Notes under the pieces: generated by a model
Seen by the model: only the letters and a program-made list of their open reading frames with translations
What the model was told of the DNA's origin: nothing
Databases searched by the model: none
Position numbers and translations under genes: made by a program
Shown here: positions 44,101-53,260 of the stretch, piece by piece
Position numbering within the stretch: the first letter of the stretch is position 1
Layout of the letters: each line of letters starts with the position of its first letter
Origin: a virus
Direction: 5' to 3' (one strand)
Length of the DNA: 64,000 nucleotides
IMG/VR virus record: IMGVR_UViG_3300005190_000020

Positions 44101-44303
44101 TCCTGTTTCACTTCTAAGACTACGATTCTACTGGTTTGACGATAACCTGAGCCAAGTTCTTTGGCTAGTAAATCATCCCAGTCTACATCGTTTTTCTGGT
44201 TTACAAGGCTTTTAGCTTTTTTCGTAGGTGTGCCGTATCCAGCGGCTTCTGTCTCCTTGAACACCCATACTCTCTCGTTTTCTACAAGTTCTACTTCTTC
44301 CAT
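44097..44303 (-). CDS. hypothetical protein (68 aa)
   Basis: ORF. Confidence 0.3.
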   Translation of the reverse strand: MEEVELVENERVWVFKETEAAGYGTPTKKAKSLVNQKNDVDWDDLLAKELGSGYRQTSRIVVLEVKQE

Positions 44304-44314
44304 GTGCGTATCAC

Positions 44315-44752
44315 TTATTCCGTGTCGTTTTGTCGAATGATTTCAGGTTGTTCCAGGATTTTTGCCTCTGTCTCTGTTCTGCTTGCGTGTGAGTGACGGA
44401 CTCTGCGTTTTACTTCTCTCGTTGCGTATTTGACATCTTTGGCAATGTATTTTCGTGTGCTTACTGTTTCTTTTTTGATTGCTGCGATTTCGTCTTCGTT
44501 TAACTCAAGTTTTTCGTCGCCCTTGATTTTCCTTAGTTTCGGGCTGCTGTACGGCGTTTTTACTTCAAATCCTTCGATGTCGTGGAAGTACCTGTTGCCG
44601 TAGTTTTTCCTTACGTGGTCTGCCTCTACTGCGATGTCGTCGCCGGATTCAAGTTTGATTTCGTATCTTTTGCGTTTAACGGTTTCGGTGAGTCGTACAG
44701 GGTCTTCTTCAACCCAGTCGGTCGGGTAGTCTGATTTGAATAATCCTAGCAT
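44315..44752 (-). CDS. hypothetical basic protein (145 aa)
   Basis: ORF. Confidence 0.4.
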   Translation of the reverse strand: MLGLFKSDYPTDWVEEDPVRLTETVKRKRYEIKLESGDDIAVEADHVRKNYGNRYFHDIEGFEVKTPYSSPKLRKIKGDEKLELNEDEIAAIKKETVSTRKYIAKDVKYATREVKRRVRHSHASRTETEAKILEQPEIIRQNDTE

Positions 44753-44937
44753 AGTTCTTCCTCTGATTCGAAAACTTTTACAGGTTTAACTGTGTCTTGG
44801 TTTGAGATAGCGGTTTTTGTTTTGATGATGTCGTCGAAACCTATTCTTTCTCCGCATTCGCTGCACACTACTTCTTTGATTTGTGTGCCTGTGTAGAAGG
44901 TTTCTCCGCAGTGCTGGTATCTATTGTAGGTTTTCAT
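44746..44937 (-). CDS. small zinc-ribbon protein (63 aa)
   Basis: HCGE...CSECGE. Confidence 0.35.
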   Translation of the reverse strand: MKTYNRYQHCGETFYTGTQIKEVVCSECGERIGFDDIIKTKTAISNQDTVKPVKVFESEEELC

Positions 44938-45151
44938 AGTACTGTTTTTGGTTTAGGTACATCTGTGTTTTCAGGATTTCAAGTTGTGTGTTTAGGCTGT
45001 CACGCATACCTGGAAACAGCTCTGCCTTTGTTGTACTAGGTATTGCGAAAAACATTAAAGCTGAAAATATTATGTATTGCGGGTTTACTGTTATGGCCAT
45101 GGCCAGCCAGAAGTAGTGCTGTATGGTGGCCATCCAGAAGTAGTATTCCAT
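44921..45151 (-). CDS. small membrane protein (76 aa)
   Basis: Promoter motif 45163-45183 ~25 nt upstream. Confidence 0.35.
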   Translation of the reverse strand: MEYYFWMATIQHYFWLAMAITVNPQYIIFSALMFFAIPSTTKAELFPGMRDSLNTQLEILKTQMYLNQKQYYENLQ

Positions 45152-45162
45152 ATAGACTTATT

Positions 45163-45183
45163 GGCGGTTAACTTTTATAAACC
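45163..45183 (-). promoter_or_regulatory. conserved promoter motif
   Basis: GGCGGTTAACTTTTATAAACC. Confidence 0.5.
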
Positions 45184-45467
45184 TATTCCTCGACTTTGTC
45201 TTTGGCTTTTTCAGCGGTCTCTCCTGCTTTTTTCTTCAGTCGTTTGTCATAGACATAAATTACAAAAGTCAAAATTGCTACAAGCAGGAAGGTTGTCCAA
45301 AGAGGTATAGGTAGGTCTTGCCCGATTCCTTTCAGAATTAGTTCCATGCTTTTTTGAAGCATGAGGATTATAAACATAGGTATGCCGATTCCGGCTTCGT
45401 CAAGTTCACGTAGTTTTTTCCTCACGGAGTTGTCACCATGGTATGGAACCCATGATTTCCATGACAT
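45183..45467 (-). CDS. membrane protein (94 aa)
   Basis: ORF. Confidence 0.35.
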   Translation of the reverse strand: MSWKSWVPYHGDNSVRKKLRELDEAGIGIPMFIILMLQKSMELILKGIGQDLPIPLWTTFLLVAILTFVIYVYDKRLKKKAGETAEKAKDKVEE

Positions 45468-45492
45468 ATCGAAGTTTTTTGGTTGAACACAT

Positions 45493-45804
45493 TTATATAA
45501 GTTGCCTGATTCGATGCTCTAAATGTGCTACAAGGCTTTGTTCAACAGGTTTCTCACCGATTCTCCATGTTACATCGACTGTCCGTATTTCTGTAGGGTA
45601 AGCGTTCATTTTAGGTTTGTAGTGTTGGTTTAGTTCTTCTACAGTTTTTACAGGGAATCTTGCATCCATCACTTCGGAGTTGAAAGGGTTGAGAAGTGCG
45701 AGTTCGCCGTCTATCTTCACTGTTTTCAAGTGTATTGTGGCGTCTGCGTTGGTTTTGGCTTCAAGGTAGTCACCTGCTTCTACGTAGTCTTTGTCGTTTG
45801 ACAT
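45493..45804 (-). CDS. hypothetical protein (103 aa)
   Basis: ORF. Confidence 0.4.
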   Translation of the reverse strand: MSNDKDYVEAGDYLEAKTNADATIHLKTVKIDGELALLNPFNSEVMDARFPVKTVEELNQHYKPKMNAYPTEIRTVDVTWRIGEKPVEQSLVAHLEHRIRQLI

Positions 45805-45811
45805 AGGAAAA

Positions 45812-45897
45812 TGAGGCTGACAGGATTCGAACCTGCGAAGAGACTAACCGACGGGTCTTAAGCCCGTTGCCTTTGACCTGACTTGGCTTACAGCCTC
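45812..45897 (-). tRNA. tRNA-Leu (anticodon UAA), type II
   Basis: Acceptor GAGGCTG/CAGCCTC, anticodon arm ACGGG-CTTAAGA-CCCGT, long variable arm, T-loop TTCGAAT. Confidence 0.75.
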
Positions 45898-46201
45898 ATG
45901 CTAGGCTCAGCATGCTTAGAACACCTTTCAGGAAGAGTATTCCTGACATCAGTGTTTTGTAGCTTTCAAGTATTGGAGGCGTGCCTGTGAACAGTATGGT
46001 TGCTGAAAGCAGGTCTGCGGCTCCGCCCAGTACGAAAACCGGTAACGGGAATCTGACCTGTTTAATTACTGTTCCTACTCCTTTGATTATCAGGAAGTAT
46101 GCGTGTATCTCTGCTACGGCTACAGGTATTGGGCTTGTTGTGAATAGCAGCAGCACTCCTACCAGTATGTCGAAAAACCCTATCGGGTCTGGTCTTATCA
46201 T
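45896..46201 (-). CDS. membrane protein (101 aa)
   Basis: ORF. Confidence 0.35.
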   Translation of the reverse strand: MIRPDPIGFFDILVGVLLLFTTSPIPVAVAEIHAYFLIIKGVGTVIKQVRFPLPVFVLGGAADLLSATILFTGTPPILESYKTLMSGILFLKGVLSMLSLA

Positions 46202-46737
46202 TCATCCTCCAATTCCTCTGAGTCGAATGGTCTTTTAGCGCTCATCGCAATTACTAAGTCTTCTTGGTCTTGGATTCTACTGGCTTCAAGGACTTTGGGT
46301 TTGCCTTTAATCCTGACCTTTAATTGTAGTCGGTCGTCTTCCTCTGCTTCGTCAATTATTTGCTTGGCTCTGTCCGTCGGTTCTTCGTACTTAGCTTCTT
46401 GAAGGTCTTCGTACCGGCTCTTTGTGAAGAGTTTGATACTTGTCTCTCTTTCGTCTTTTGTTCTTTCTCTAGCGACTTTGAAGCTGACTATTTTGTCTGT
46501 GAACAGTTTCTCGTCAAAGTAGTAAGTTATATCTCCTGCTCCGAAAGTTTTTTCAACTTCTTTGTCTAGGTCTTGAAGCACATCGTGGCTTTGAACTTGG
46601 TCTGCGTCATAAGGGATTGTAACTGTTTTAGTGTGTTCTATCCCAGCTACGTCTACAGCTGTTATTTTAGCCTTAACGATTTCTGATTTTCCTTCTTGGA
46701 TGTGTTCTGGGTCGGCGTAGTCTTTATCTGCTAACAT
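46198..46737 (-). CDS. hypothetical acidic protein (179 aa)
   Basis: ORF. Confidence 0.4.
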   Translation of the reverse strand: MLADKDYADPEHIQEGKSEIVKAKITAVDVAGIEHTKTVTIPYDADQVQSHDVLQDLDKEVEKTFGAGDITYYFDEKLFTDKIVSFKVARERTKDERETSIKLFTKSRYEDLQEAKYEEPTDRAKQIIDEAEEDDRLQLKVRIKGKPKVLEASRIQDQEDLVIAMSAKRPFDSEELEDE

Positions 46738-46741
46738 GATA

Positions 46742-46826
46742 TGCGGATGACAGGATTTGAACCTGTGTACCCCCTTCGGAGAGCGGAGCTTGAATCCGCT
46801 GCCTTTGGCCGCTTGGCTACACCCGC
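46742..46826 (-). tRNA. tRNA-Leu (anticodon CAA), type II
   Basis: Acceptor GCGGGTG/CATCCGC, anticodon arm GCGGA-TTCAAGC-TCCGC, long variable arm, T-arm ACAGG-TTCAAAT-CCTGT. Confidence 0.75.
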
Positions 46827-46849
46827 AAGTAGGCAGTTTTACGAGGTTG

Positions 46850-47468
46850 CCTAGCTCGGGAAGGTGAATTTAGATGAAAGCTATCAAGGGTTGATGGTTG
46901 AGCGGCTTTCTGTGCGTCTAAACTCAGATTTACCTTCGCACGCGTACCGTCTCCGGTTACGATTGCACGCCCGTTTTACAGGTTTAATACCTGCCTGTCT
47001 TCGGCTTCCCTCCGCTGCGTTCCACAATCAACGCCGACAAACCTGATACGGCTTGTCAGCCCTCGTCTCTATAGCTTCGGGTCTGACTTACGCCAGTCCG
47101 CCTCTCGTGGAAGAGCCTTCGAATAGGGGTGTGTCGTGAGCCGACTTTAACCTAAGCAGCTTTTTTCACTGCCTGGTCTGAGTTCCTCAACCCTTAGTCG
47201 GAGAGGTCTTTGGTGTCTGCCCACCGCCCTATGGTTCGAACCTTTTCCTTTTTATCGGTTTTAAGCCCTCGACCGTCTTCACGGATTTGAGAGCGCAGTA
47301 GGGTAATAAGCATAGGGTTTGTGCTGAACCGGTTAAAGCTCAGGGTGTCTCACCTCGGTATCCCGCACCTATCTAAAGACCGGCTTTTAACAAGTGACTT
47401 ATCCCAGTCAAGTGCCTCCGCCTTTTTAGCCTCGGGTGAACTTTTTCCTTCTCCTAGTAAATTAGTAT
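46850..47468 (-). ncRNA. candidate large structured non-coding RNA or decayed element (~620 nt without plausible ORF), between promoter motif 47469-47490 and tRNA-Leu(CAA)
   Basis: No minus-strand ORF >= 60 aa; GC visibly higher than coding flanks; many inverted repeats; perfect-consensus promoter immediately upstream. Confidence 0.3.
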
Positions 47469-47490
47469 TGGTGTTTAACTTTTATAAACC
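47469..47490 (-). promoter_or_regulatory. conserved promoter motif (perfect consensus)
   Basis: GGTGTTTAACTTTTATAAACC. Confidence 0.55.
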
Positions 47491-47602
47491 TATTTGGAAT
47501 CGGAGTAGTGCCACGCATTCACTGATGTTACGGGTTTTTTCACCTATTCCTGATTCGAAGTAAGTGACTTCTCCGCCTTTGTTTTCTACTTTTTCTTGTA
47601 GG

Positions 47603-48490
47603 CTAAACGTACTGTCCTTCTGGCACGACTAGGTGCTGTACTGCGTCCATTTCTGCGGCTTTTTCTACTTCGTTTTTGCCGTACGCTACTTTTTCGGGTT
47701 GTTGGTCTAGCCGTGTCAGGAATTGTTCGGTTACTTTTTCTAGTTCTAGTTCGTTCCTGTTTTTCAGGTTGTCTTTTACTTGTTGGAATGCTTTGCTTAG
47801 GTTCTGTGTTTCTTTGGCTTCGGCTACGATTTCTTCTTTGAGTTCGCCGTTCAGTTTTTGTTTGATGTCTTTGTTGAGTGTGCCTGTTATGATTACTCCT
47901 AGTAGTTCGTCGTTCCTCAGTTTTTTGAGGAAGTGGTCTTGTGCTGTGTTACTGATTTCCTTTACATAGTTTTTCTTCTTCTCTGCCCTGTATCTTTCCC
48001 ATCTCTGCGCACTTTGACCTCCTTTGGAATGCTTTGAGGGTATGCCGGAGACGTCTTCACGGAGTCGGGTTGTGTTTCCTTGTTTGTCTGCCATGCCTGC
48101 CCTGTACTTATCTCTGTCTGCTTGTATGATTCCGTAACGCGTGTCATCTCGCTCAAGTTTTTCGATGGGTTCGGTGTGGAATTTGTTGTCGCAACGGTAA
48201 AGTTTCTGATTCAATTCTTTCTCTGGAATATGTGTAACTGCTTTATCGTGTTTTGTGTAAATCGCTACACCGTTTTCAGGTACTCTGCCTAGTTCCTTCA
48301 ACTTGTTCTGCGCTTTCTTTAACGCGGCTTGGACTTTTTTCCTAGTGTTCTTGTTCTTTATATTTTTTGCTTCGCTTCTTTCGTTTTTCAAAAGGTTTCG
48401 AGCATTTTTTATGCTGTAGTCTGCTGGTAACAGGAGGCTTACAAGTGTTGTACCTGTGCCTTCGATGTCGCTTAGTTCGTTTAGAGTCAT
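47603..48490 (-). CDS. eRF1/aRF1-like class I peptide chain release factor (domains 1-2; shorter than cellular aRF1)
   Basis: NIKN (NIKS-like) motif, YRCDNKFHTE (eRF1 YxCxxxF motif) and KHSKGGQSAQRWERYR (GGQ motif) in correct order; 295 aa. Confidence 0.75.
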   Translation of the reverse strand: MTLNELSDIEGTGTTLVSLLLPADYSIKNARNLLKNERSEAKNIKNKNTRKKVQAALKKAQNKLKELGRVPENGVAIYTKHDKAVTHIPEKELNQKLYRCDNKFHTEPIEKLERDDTRYGIIQADRDKYRAGMADKQGNTTRLREDVSGIPSKHSKGGQSAQRWERYRAEKKKNYVKEISNTAQDHFLKKLRNDELLGVIITGTLNKDIKQKLNGELKEEIVAEAKETQNLSKAFQQVKDNLKNRNELELEKVTEQFLTRLDQQPEKVAYGKNEVEKAAEMDAVQHLVVPEGQYV

Positions 48491-48498
48491 AAGTAAAG

Positions 48499-48583
48499 TG
48501 AGGTTGGCAGGATTCGAACCTGCGGTAGGTCGCTATGGACCGGCTCCTAAGGCCGGCACCTTTGGCCGCTCGGTCACAACCTC
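48499..48583 (-). tRNA. tRNA-Leu (anticodon UAG), type II
   Basis: Acceptor GAGGTTG/CAACCTC, anticodon arm CCGGC-CTTAGGA-GCCGG, long variable arm, T-loop TTCGAAT. Confidence 0.75.
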
Positions 48584-48692
48584 GTACAAAAAAGAATAGA
48601 AAATTTTGGTATGGCGACGACTAACTAAAGTATAGAAAAATTCTACAGGAGTAAGAGATTTGTGTCGCCGTCGAATCTCATACCAATTAATT

Positions 48693-48713
48693 GGTGTTCA
48701 ACTTTTATAAACC
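48693..48713 (-). promoter_or_regulatory. conserved promoter motif upstream of tRNA-Leu(UAG)+aRF1-like gene
   Basis: GGTGTTCAACTTTTATAAACC. Confidence 0.5.
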
Positions 48714-48938
48714 TTATCGGTCTTCGATGAAATCTTTCCTGATTTTTTCAGAAGAAAAGTAAATGACTACTCCAGTCCATGCCAACGGGTAGAATGTGCC
48801 TGCCGCACAGCCTATTACGACTGCCATCATTTTGTCTGCGGTGCAGTAGTTAAGACTGTTCTCTTTGAAGTGTTGGTTGGCGTATGCCGTGGCTATTATT
48901 GCTGTTGCGACCGCAAGGATTAAATGTATCAGAATCAC
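48714..48938 (-). CDS. membrane protein (74 aa)
   Basis: ORF. Confidence 0.35.
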   Translation of the reverse strand: MILIHLILAVATAIIATAYANQHFKENSLNYCTADKMMAVVIGCAAGTFYPLAWTGVVIYFSSEKIRKDFIEDR

Positions 48939-49123
48939 TGCATTTCACCTAGGTTCTGTGCGTAGCTGTAGGCTTCTTCTACATGTTCGTCTCCAAGCTC
49001 GTATTCGCCTTGTTCGTATAGTTGCTGTGCTACGCCGTAATGTATTTCAACCATGTTTTGAATGCTTATCTTTTCTGTTTCTTCGAAGTCTGGTTCTAAC
49101 GCGTTTTCTATAACTTCTTTCAC
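48935..49123 (-). CDS. hypothetical acidic protein (62 aa)
   Basis: ORF. Confidence 0.3.
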   Translation of the reverse strand: MKEVIENALEPDFEETEKISIQNMVEIHYGVAQQLYEQGEYELGDEHVEEAYSYAQNLGEMQ

Positions 49124-49407
49124 TGGTCTCCGCCCTCCGGTTCAAGTAGGTCTTCGGTTAGTTCCAGTGCTTCGTCCACTTGTCCTTTGTTTAGGTGTCT
49201 GCTGACTTCCATAGCATCTTTCTCACTGACATAGGTTGATGCTCTAAGGTTGTCGTAGAGCTGTCCTTGCCACAAACTGTATAGTGGACTGTTTACTTCT
49301 TCTGCTGCGTAAAGGTTTTCGAAGAATGTGTCTGGCATCTCCATTGTGTCGTACTCTTCCGGCAGGTTAGGTTCTGAAAGTGTGTCGTATTCATCTTCTC
49401 GTGTCAT
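49120..49407 (-). CDS. hypothetical acidic protein (95 aa)
   Basis: ORF. Confidence 0.35.
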   Translation of the reverse strand: MTREDEYDTLSEPNLPEEYDTMEMPDTFFENLYAAEEVNSPLYSLWQGQLYDNLRASTYVSEKDAMEVSRHLNKGQVDEALELTEDLLEPEGGDQ

Positions 49408-49622
49408 TATGTGTTGTCCTCCATGTTTTTCTTCTTGGTTTGTGTTGGGATGTATGTGATTTCTGCTTCAGGTATCCGTGCCTGTGAATGTGTGCGTAGA
49501 TGACCGCATTTTTTACAGGTTAAAACTTTTTCTCCGTTGTATTTGTAAAGCCCTGTTTGGTAGGGTTTGTGCGGTGTTGGTTGTTCGCATGGTCTACAAT
49601 GCTTCTTTTTCATGTAGTACAC
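49407..49622 (-). CDS. zinc-ribbon protein (71 aa)
   Basis: CRPC...CKKCGH. Confidence 0.35.
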   Translation of the reverse strand: MYYMKKKHCRPCEQPTPHKPYQTGLYKYNGEKVLTCKKCGHLRTHSQARIPEAEITYIPTQTKKKNMEDNT

Positions 49623-49875
49623 CTTTACAGTTTGACTTTAAAGGGTTTCTCCACCAATCATCTCCGATTCCGTACCCGAAACTGTAGCAGTCCTTGGTGT
49701 ATATCATTGTGTTGATTTCTCGCTTCATTTTCTCAGTCATTTTGTCACTGTACTCTCCCTGTATATTAAGCTCTGTTTCTTCGGTGACTGCTCTTTCTAG
49801 GTCGATTTCTACATCGAACTCAGTTGTGAATGCGTCTCCTATTCTGTCGCAGCATGTTCTTCTGAATACTGTCAT
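49594..49875 (-). CDS. hypothetical protein (93 aa)
   Basis: ORF. Confidence 0.35.
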   Translation of the reverse strand: MTVFRRTCCDRIGDAFTTEFDVEIDLERAVTEETELNIQGEYSDKMTEKMKREINTMIYTKDCYSFGYGIGDDWWRNPLKSNCKGVLHEKEAL

Positions 49876-50302
49876 TCTGGTACCTCGTAGATGTCTTCGT
49901 TCAGGTTTTCGTGTTTGTCGGTTTTAAGGTTGCTCCAAGTTGTGATTGTGTGTTCGTCGTCCGGCTCTATAACCAGTATTTTATCTCTCTCACTGTCTAA
50001 GTGTTTCCTCATTGCTATAAACTTGACTTCGCCGTCTTGGACTGTGATTTCGAATACATGTGTTTTTGTCGGTGTGTCTTCGTCTCCGATTGCTTCTTTC
50101 GGGTTTCTTTCGTACATTTCCTGTGTAAGGTCTTGTCTCAGTGGTAGGTCGTAGCTTCCGAACTGGTCTTTTTCTGCTTCGTCTCTTGCGTGTTCTGTGC
50201 TGTAAAGCATCATTATTCCTGTCGGTAGTTCTACGTTTTCTGGGAAGCCGAGTTCTTTGTGGTATCTGTCGCCTTCGACGTGTTGTTCGTATCCTTCGCT
50301 CA
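49872..50302 (-). CDS. hypothetical protein (143 aa; start moved to Met of MSEGYEQH, upstream part of the tracked ORF is out-of-context frame of the next gene)
   Basis: Promoter motif 50330-50349 upstream of the internal ATG. Confidence 0.4.
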
Positions 50303-50397
50303 TGGGTGTGTTGCCTCTGTAAATGTATGCGGTCTTAACTCTTATAAACCTAACTGGAAGAAAGAAAAAAGTGAAATGTGGTGACTCCTTACGGGAG

Positions 50398-51450
50398 TTA
50401 CTCGTACTGTGAGGTAAGGTCTGCGTACTGTGCGTCGAACTCGTCGCCGTTGTCTGTACCTTCAACTTCGACAACTGTGTCTCCATCTCTGTAAATGTTG
50501 TTCTCTGTGTTGTCGTCTTCATCGTACTGGAAGTAAGTCCACTCGTCACCGTTGTCTACTGCTACTTCTTCTAGGTCGCCGTCATCTTTTGCGTCTCTGT
50601 AAGTGACTGAAACTGTGTCTCCTTCGTCAACCTGATACTCGCTGCTTAGAGTGATTCTGAGCTGTTCGTCGTTGTTTCCTGCGTAACTTACAGATTCTAC
50701 TCGGTCTGTAATGTCTACTCCGTCAACTGTAAGGTCTTGGATGTCGTCTACATCATTGACATCTTCAATTGCTTCTGCATCATCATACTCGATGTCCAGC
50801 TGCTTCATTTCACCTTCGTAGTCGGTTACTTCGACTGTGTGTTCGTCGCCGTCTCTGCTGATTGTTACAGGGTCTTGTGCTTCTTCAAACTCGTCTACTC
50901 TTTCCTCTGCGTCATCTACAGATTCAAACTGCTGAATGGTTACATGATAGAATCCGTCGTCGCTGTCGTAGTTTACATCAAGCTCGTCGTAGTCGTAGTC
51001 GGAGTTTGAAATTGCGTCAAGCTCTTCTGCTTCCTGGTCAAGACTTACGCTTATTGGGTCTTGTAGTTCTACGTCTTCGTCTGAGAAGACTGGAAGATAG
51101 TCAACAAGTCCGACTCGTTCCTGTGCCTGTGCTACTGCGTCTTCAAGGTCTGCGTTCTCTGCTCTAAGGTCTTCAACCGTCTGATTGAATTGTGTGACCT
51201 GTGATTCAAGGTTTGCTACTCTGTCCTCTTTCTCCGTTACAGTAGTTTCAAGGTCAGAAATTTGGTCTTCAAGGTCTGCGTTGTCGCTCTGTGCGTCCTG
51301 AAGTGTTTGGTTAAGGTTTTGATAAGCGTCTGTTTTTTGGGTTGGAGTGTCATTTACAGTGTAACCTGCTAGGCCCACTCCGATGCCGACAACTGCTGTT
51401 GCGGCATACTTGCCATAATTCTTTGCCTGTTCTCGTGTAATGGTTTTCAT
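50398..51450 (-). CDS. membrane-anchored extracellular acidic coiled-coil protein (350 aa)
   Basis: N-terminal TM/signal anchor then heptad-rich and very D/E-rich domain; promoter motif 51469-51490. Confidence 0.45.
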   Translation of the reverse strand: MKTITREQAKNYGKYAATAVVGIGVGLAGYTVNDTPTQKTDAYQNLNQTLQDAQSDNADLEDQISDLETTVTEKEDRVANLESQVTQFNQTVEDLRAENADLEDAVAQAQERVGLVDYLPVFSDEDVELQDPISVSLDQEAEELDAISNSDYDYDELDVNYDSDDGFYHVTIQQFESVDDAEERVDEFEEAQDPVTISRDGDEHTVEVTDYEGEMKQLDIEYDDAEAIEDVNDVDDIQDLTVDGVDITDRVESVSYAGNNDEQLRITLSSEYQVDEGDTVSVTYRDAKDDGDLEEVAVDNGDEWTYFQYDEDDNTENNIYRDGDTVVEVEGTDNGDEFDAQYADLTSQYE

Positions 51451-51468
51451 AGGTAGTATCTACTGTTT

Positions 51469-51490
51469 GGTAATTAACTTTTATAAACCC
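51469..51490 (-). promoter_or_regulatory. conserved promoter motif
   Basis: GGTAATTAACTTTTATAAACCC. Confidence 0.5.
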
Positions 51491-51555
51491 TTTGATGTGA
51501 ACGGTCTGTGAACGGTTAAATAATAAAAAGAAAAAGAAGGGTGTGGTCGTGGTTT

Positions 51556-52407
51556 TTACTGTGTGGCGTTTGCTGGTGTTCCTAGTCCTGTTCCGTCAAG
51601 GTTCTCTACGAACTGAGGTGTTCCTGAGCTACCTGTTGGGATGTAGACTGTGTCGGAGTTGTCAAGCGCCTTAATGAACTTCTCGGTTAGGACTGGCTTG
51701 GTTAGTGACTCGGTTAGAATCTCGTTCTGCCTTTTCTTCTTCTGAGCGATTTCTACCTTTTTCTCCTGAATCTCAAGCTCTTGCTCTGTTCTCTTCTTCT
51801 CCTGAATCTTTGCTCTTACTTGTTCTGGCAGCATGATGTTCCTAACCTGTGCTGCTTCAATTGTGAAATCGTCGCTGTAATCTCTTTCACCTGATTCAAA
51901 TTCAGAATAGGTTGCGTTTTTAATACAGGTTGCTAGTTCTGCTCTTCCTGCTGACGCAATTTCACGTGATGTGAACTGTGCCGTACAGTCTCTTACCGCC
52001 GTTCTTACTGATGGACGGATAAGTTTTCTGACAATTGTGGACTCGTCACCTAGATTTCTGTGGACTACTGTTGCAGAGTCCTCATTTAGGTGGTAACGTA
52101 TTGAAATGTCGAGAGTCTCTAAGTTCAGTTCTTCGTCTGTAAGAGCTTGGATGGTGTCGTCTCCTTCACCAGCAGACATTGTGTACTCTTGTGACTTCAC
52201 ATCGTATGTCCGTGTTCCTTTCAACGGATTGATGAGGTGCATACCTTCGTCAAGCGTGTCGTTCTGTAGTTCTCCGAAATAAGTGACCGTCTTCGTTTGT
52301 CCTGGATTGACTACTTGGACGGACGACATAAGCACCAGCACCGCAATTACTGCAATACCGGCTACACCGTATAGGCCATAAGTTGTCTTTGATGTCATCG
52401 GTATCAT
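51556..52407 (-). CDS. SPFH/band-7 (stomatin/prohibitin-like) membrane protein
   Basis: N-terminal TM helix followed by band-7-like core and C-terminal coiled coil (EKKRTEQELEIQEKKVEIAQKKK). Confidence 0.55.
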   Translation of the reverse strand: MIPMTSKTTYGLYGVAGIAVIAVLVLMSSVQVVNPGQTKTVTYFGELQNDTLDEGMHLINPLKGTRTYDVKSQEYTMSAGEGDDTIQALTDEELNLETLDISIRYHLNEDSATVVHRNLGDESTIVRKLIRPSVRTAVRDCTAQFTSREIASAGRAELATCIKNATYSEFESGERDYSDDFTIEAAQVRNIMLPEQVRAKIQEKKRTEQELEIQEKKVEIAQKKKRQNEILTESLTKPVLTEKFIKALDNSDTVYIPTGSSGTPQFVENLDGTGLGTPANATQ

Positions 52408-52414
52408 TGTTATG

Positions 52415-52436
52415 TGGTTTAACTCTTATAAACCCA
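52415..52436 (-). promoter_or_regulatory. conserved promoter motif
   Basis: GTGGTTTAACTCTTATAAACCC. Confidence 0.5.
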
Positions 52437-52947
52437 TTGGCTGAACCATGAATTCAGGGGTGACTGAGTGATTGTATTCGCTTATATCTGCTTTTGCCTG
52501 TCTGTAGTATGCCCTGTAGCCACGGACTACTTGTTCAAAAGTTTCCCCTTCTGTGAGAGCTTCCGGAGTGTCTTTAAATGCTTGTGGAGGGACTGTCTCT
52601 GTCTGTGAAGGGAAAGTGTGTTCTTCCAAGAGTTTCTGCCAGTCGATGTTTTCATGTAGTTTAGTGTAGGTTAAGTGGTTACCAGAGTCAAAACGTTTTT
52701 TCTTCTCTTCGTTCAAACACTTCATAAGTTTAAGAGCCTTGAAAATGTTTTGTTTACTTTCCGCCGCCCACTTTACACATGGATGGTTTGAATGTGTTTT
52801 ACGGTAAAGGCGTTCGTCTTCTACTCCTCGTATCTGTGCGGCGGTTGAGATTATTTGACCGATTTCAAGTATTATTTTTGAGCAGTGTTTATCGTTGTAT
52901 AATTCGGCGTTTCTTTCAGGGTCTTGGTGAAGCCAGAATATCTGCAT
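52426..52947 (-). CDS. hypothetical protein (173 aa)
   Basis: ORF; promoter motif 52960-52980 ~25 nt upstream. Confidence 0.4.
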   Translation of the reverse strand: MQIFWLHQDPERNAELYNDKHCSKIILEIGQIISTAAQIRGVEDERLYRKTHSNHPCVKWAAESKQNIFKALKLMKCLNEEKKKRFDSGNHLTYTKLHENIDWQKLLEEHTFPSQTETVPPQAFKDTPEALTEGETFEQVVRGYRAYYRQAKADISEYNHSVTPEFMVQPMGL

Positions 52948-53260
52948 ATAGTATGGTGCGCGGTTTAATTTTATAAACTCTGTGCTAATGCGGAAAGTAT
53001 TGAGAAAATTGCTTTCAAAACCGATTCAAGTATACGGAAAAATGTTACTATCACTCCGGCTATTATACGGGCTAGCCAGCCCCATCTCCGTTCAGTTTTT
53101 GGTTTATCCATTATCATCATTTAGGTTTAATCTCGTTTATACCTGTTTCCACCCTTCTTTAGTGTGGGTGTGCGAAGAAGACTCTGAGAGACCTGTGTAG
53201 AAACTCTGTATGTAGGGATTAAAGGTAGCTGAAAAAAGAAATATGGAAATGGATATGTGG

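Noticed and set aside
46850-47468. RNase P RNA identity for the ORF-free region
   Set aside because: Short matches to P4/P10-12-like segments appear, but in the wrong order, and no convincing CR-I GGAAAGUCCGGGC or CR-V motif is present; left as unassigned candidate ncRNA.
52982-53200. 72-aa plus ORF
   Set aside because: Opposes local gene orientation. A 49-aa minus-strand membrane peptide with a proper promoter motif (52960-52980 serves the next gene) fits better; low-complexity hydrophobic translation.
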